Shown one piece after another: positions 62,439 to 64,000 of a stretch of DNA of 64,000 bases. Under the pieces are notes generated by a model. That model saw only the letters and a list, made by a program, of their open reading frames with translations. It did no database searches and had not been told where the DNA came from. The stretch is taken from NCBI GenBank assembly GCA_028023455.1, contig JAQFVV010000005.1:22940001-23004000 (forward strand), read 5' to 3'. Every line of letters starts with the position of its first letter. Positions within the stretch are counted from its first letter, which is position 1. Both the position numbers and the translations under genes were made by a program. Origin of the DNA: Epiperipatus broadwayi (Eukaryota > Animalia > Onychophora).

Positions 62439-63515
62439 AACAATTTTGATTTAAATTTATTTTTCTATTATTACTATTATTCTTTAATTAATTATATATT
62501 TGAATCTATTTTGAAAAATCAAAATAATCAAATGAATGATATTACTAATGTAAACTGTCAGATTACATTCCTAAGTGTAAACTGAAATATAAGCACAGGG
62601 CAAATGTCATATATATATCGTCTCATTTTTATATTTGAACAATTTTTAATTTGGTCACTATCAGATGGTAGGAACAGCTGTTCTATCAGATGAATATTTT
62701 TATATAGTGAAATGTGTGTGGGAATTCTTGCTTCCACATATGCCAATTAAACATATATAGTAAGTGAAGATTGCAGTTTAACTAGTTTTTTATGTGCTCT
62801 ACATTACATGCAAGTTGTTTAATAAAATTCTTGATTTTTTTTTCCATTTTTTACTGGATATAAAACATGATTCCTATTGACATAGGTCACTGACCTTCCT
62901 CATTAATATTTTACACAACACAACTTTTACATTGATTTTTTTTTTCCACCAAATTTAATATTCATATTGAGCAGTTAACTGTCAATCTAATTAATTAATC
63001 TGGCATCATCACTTTATGGTTTTCATTATCCTAAATATTTTTCCTCAATATGACTGAAAATTAAATATTGCTGCATCTTCCCATAACTAAATAAGTTTAT
63101 ATTATTTCAAGTAACATAAAAGTGATTTCATTAATTATATTTTGGTTAAATCATCTCTGGTATTAAAAAAATGTTTTGCTTCTTTATTTAGTGAGTTCGG
63201 AAACAATTGCCATGAGAAATGTACTGTCTTCAAAATTGGAATACAATAATGCCCTACATTTGTAACATTTGATTCCAATCTGCAGTATAGACATTGAAAT
63301 TTATGAATAGTAGTGAACTATGCGCATTAATTTACATATATAGATATTACTGTCACGCATATAGATTTATATACATAGTGTTTATGTGCTGTGAAATAAA
63401 AAAATAAAATATTAACTTTTTAAAAAAAAAATTTTTTTGTTTGTTTTTTCAAAGACACCATATTTCTTTCAGGATGTTGTAAGATTAAAATCCAATATCA
63501 ATTTTAAGTTGTTTT

Positions 63516-63622
63516 GACAAACATTGGTGGTCAAGAGGTCAGCGACAGCTGCTTTACAAGCAGTTATCCCAGGTTAGCGGGTTCGCTTCCCGGATGATGC
63601 TATGACATGTGAGAAAAAAAAA
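63516..63622 (+). mobile_element. tRNA-derived short SINE, family A
   Basis: cattggtggtcaagagg..acagctgctttacaagcagttat..gggttcgcttcccggatgatgctatgacatgtgag + poly(A); no clear TSD. Confidence 0.88.
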
Positions 63623-64000
63623 TTTTTTTCCATGGATTTATACAATGTACTTTCATTCTTTCTTGAATGGGATGTCAACATGGAAATTCCATATCTCATT
63701 TCGTTGGACAATATAACTTTTTTTGCTTAAGAGAACAGTAGTCCAATCTGCATTGAGTAATCACGGATGACTCATTAAAAAAAAATCTCTTCATATATTA
63801 TATTGTTGATTTCGTTGTAATTTTATTTTTTGCTATTAAGGCTTTTTGCGATTTTATATTATGAAAGTTATTAATATATAGTGTATCTGAACTTAGTTTA
63901 GTCCCATATGGCTATTTAAGTAAGATAGCTGGATTGGAAGACATGAATGTCTGAAAATTTCAGATTTTCTACTTAATAGTTATCCATTAGATAAATTACT

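Overview
Very AT-rich eukaryotic DNA (roughly one quarter GC by eye), CpG-depleted and most likely intronic or intergenic sequence from an invertebrate, probably an arthropod. No prokaryotic features and no CRISPR array. No complete host gene can be supported; there are only a few candidate micro-exons and CpG-retaining patches. The window is a graveyard of transposable elements: RTE LINEs, four copies of an RTEX-like LINE (esterase ORF1 remnant, APE-RT-CCHC ORF2), a CR1-like LINE, a ~100-nt tRNA-shaped SINE family with TSDs, and hAT, piggyBac, mariner and foldback remnants. It also holds a Penelope/Poseidon-type element (RT + C-terminal GIY-YIG) nested in an RTEX copy. The most interesting signal is this element's pseudo-LTR, which carries a tRNA-like Pol III head (A and B boxes) directly upstream of a minimal hammerhead ribozyme. 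ORF-less derivatives of that unit occur at 47.0-47.5 kb (tandem ribozymes) and 58.4-59.0 kb (palindrome whose arms both start at about the predicted Pol III +1). Three unrelated short insertions share the same architecture: 13-15 bp TSD, inverted arms, 29-41 nt one-sided tail. All alignments, counts and folds were done by eye and need computational confirmation.
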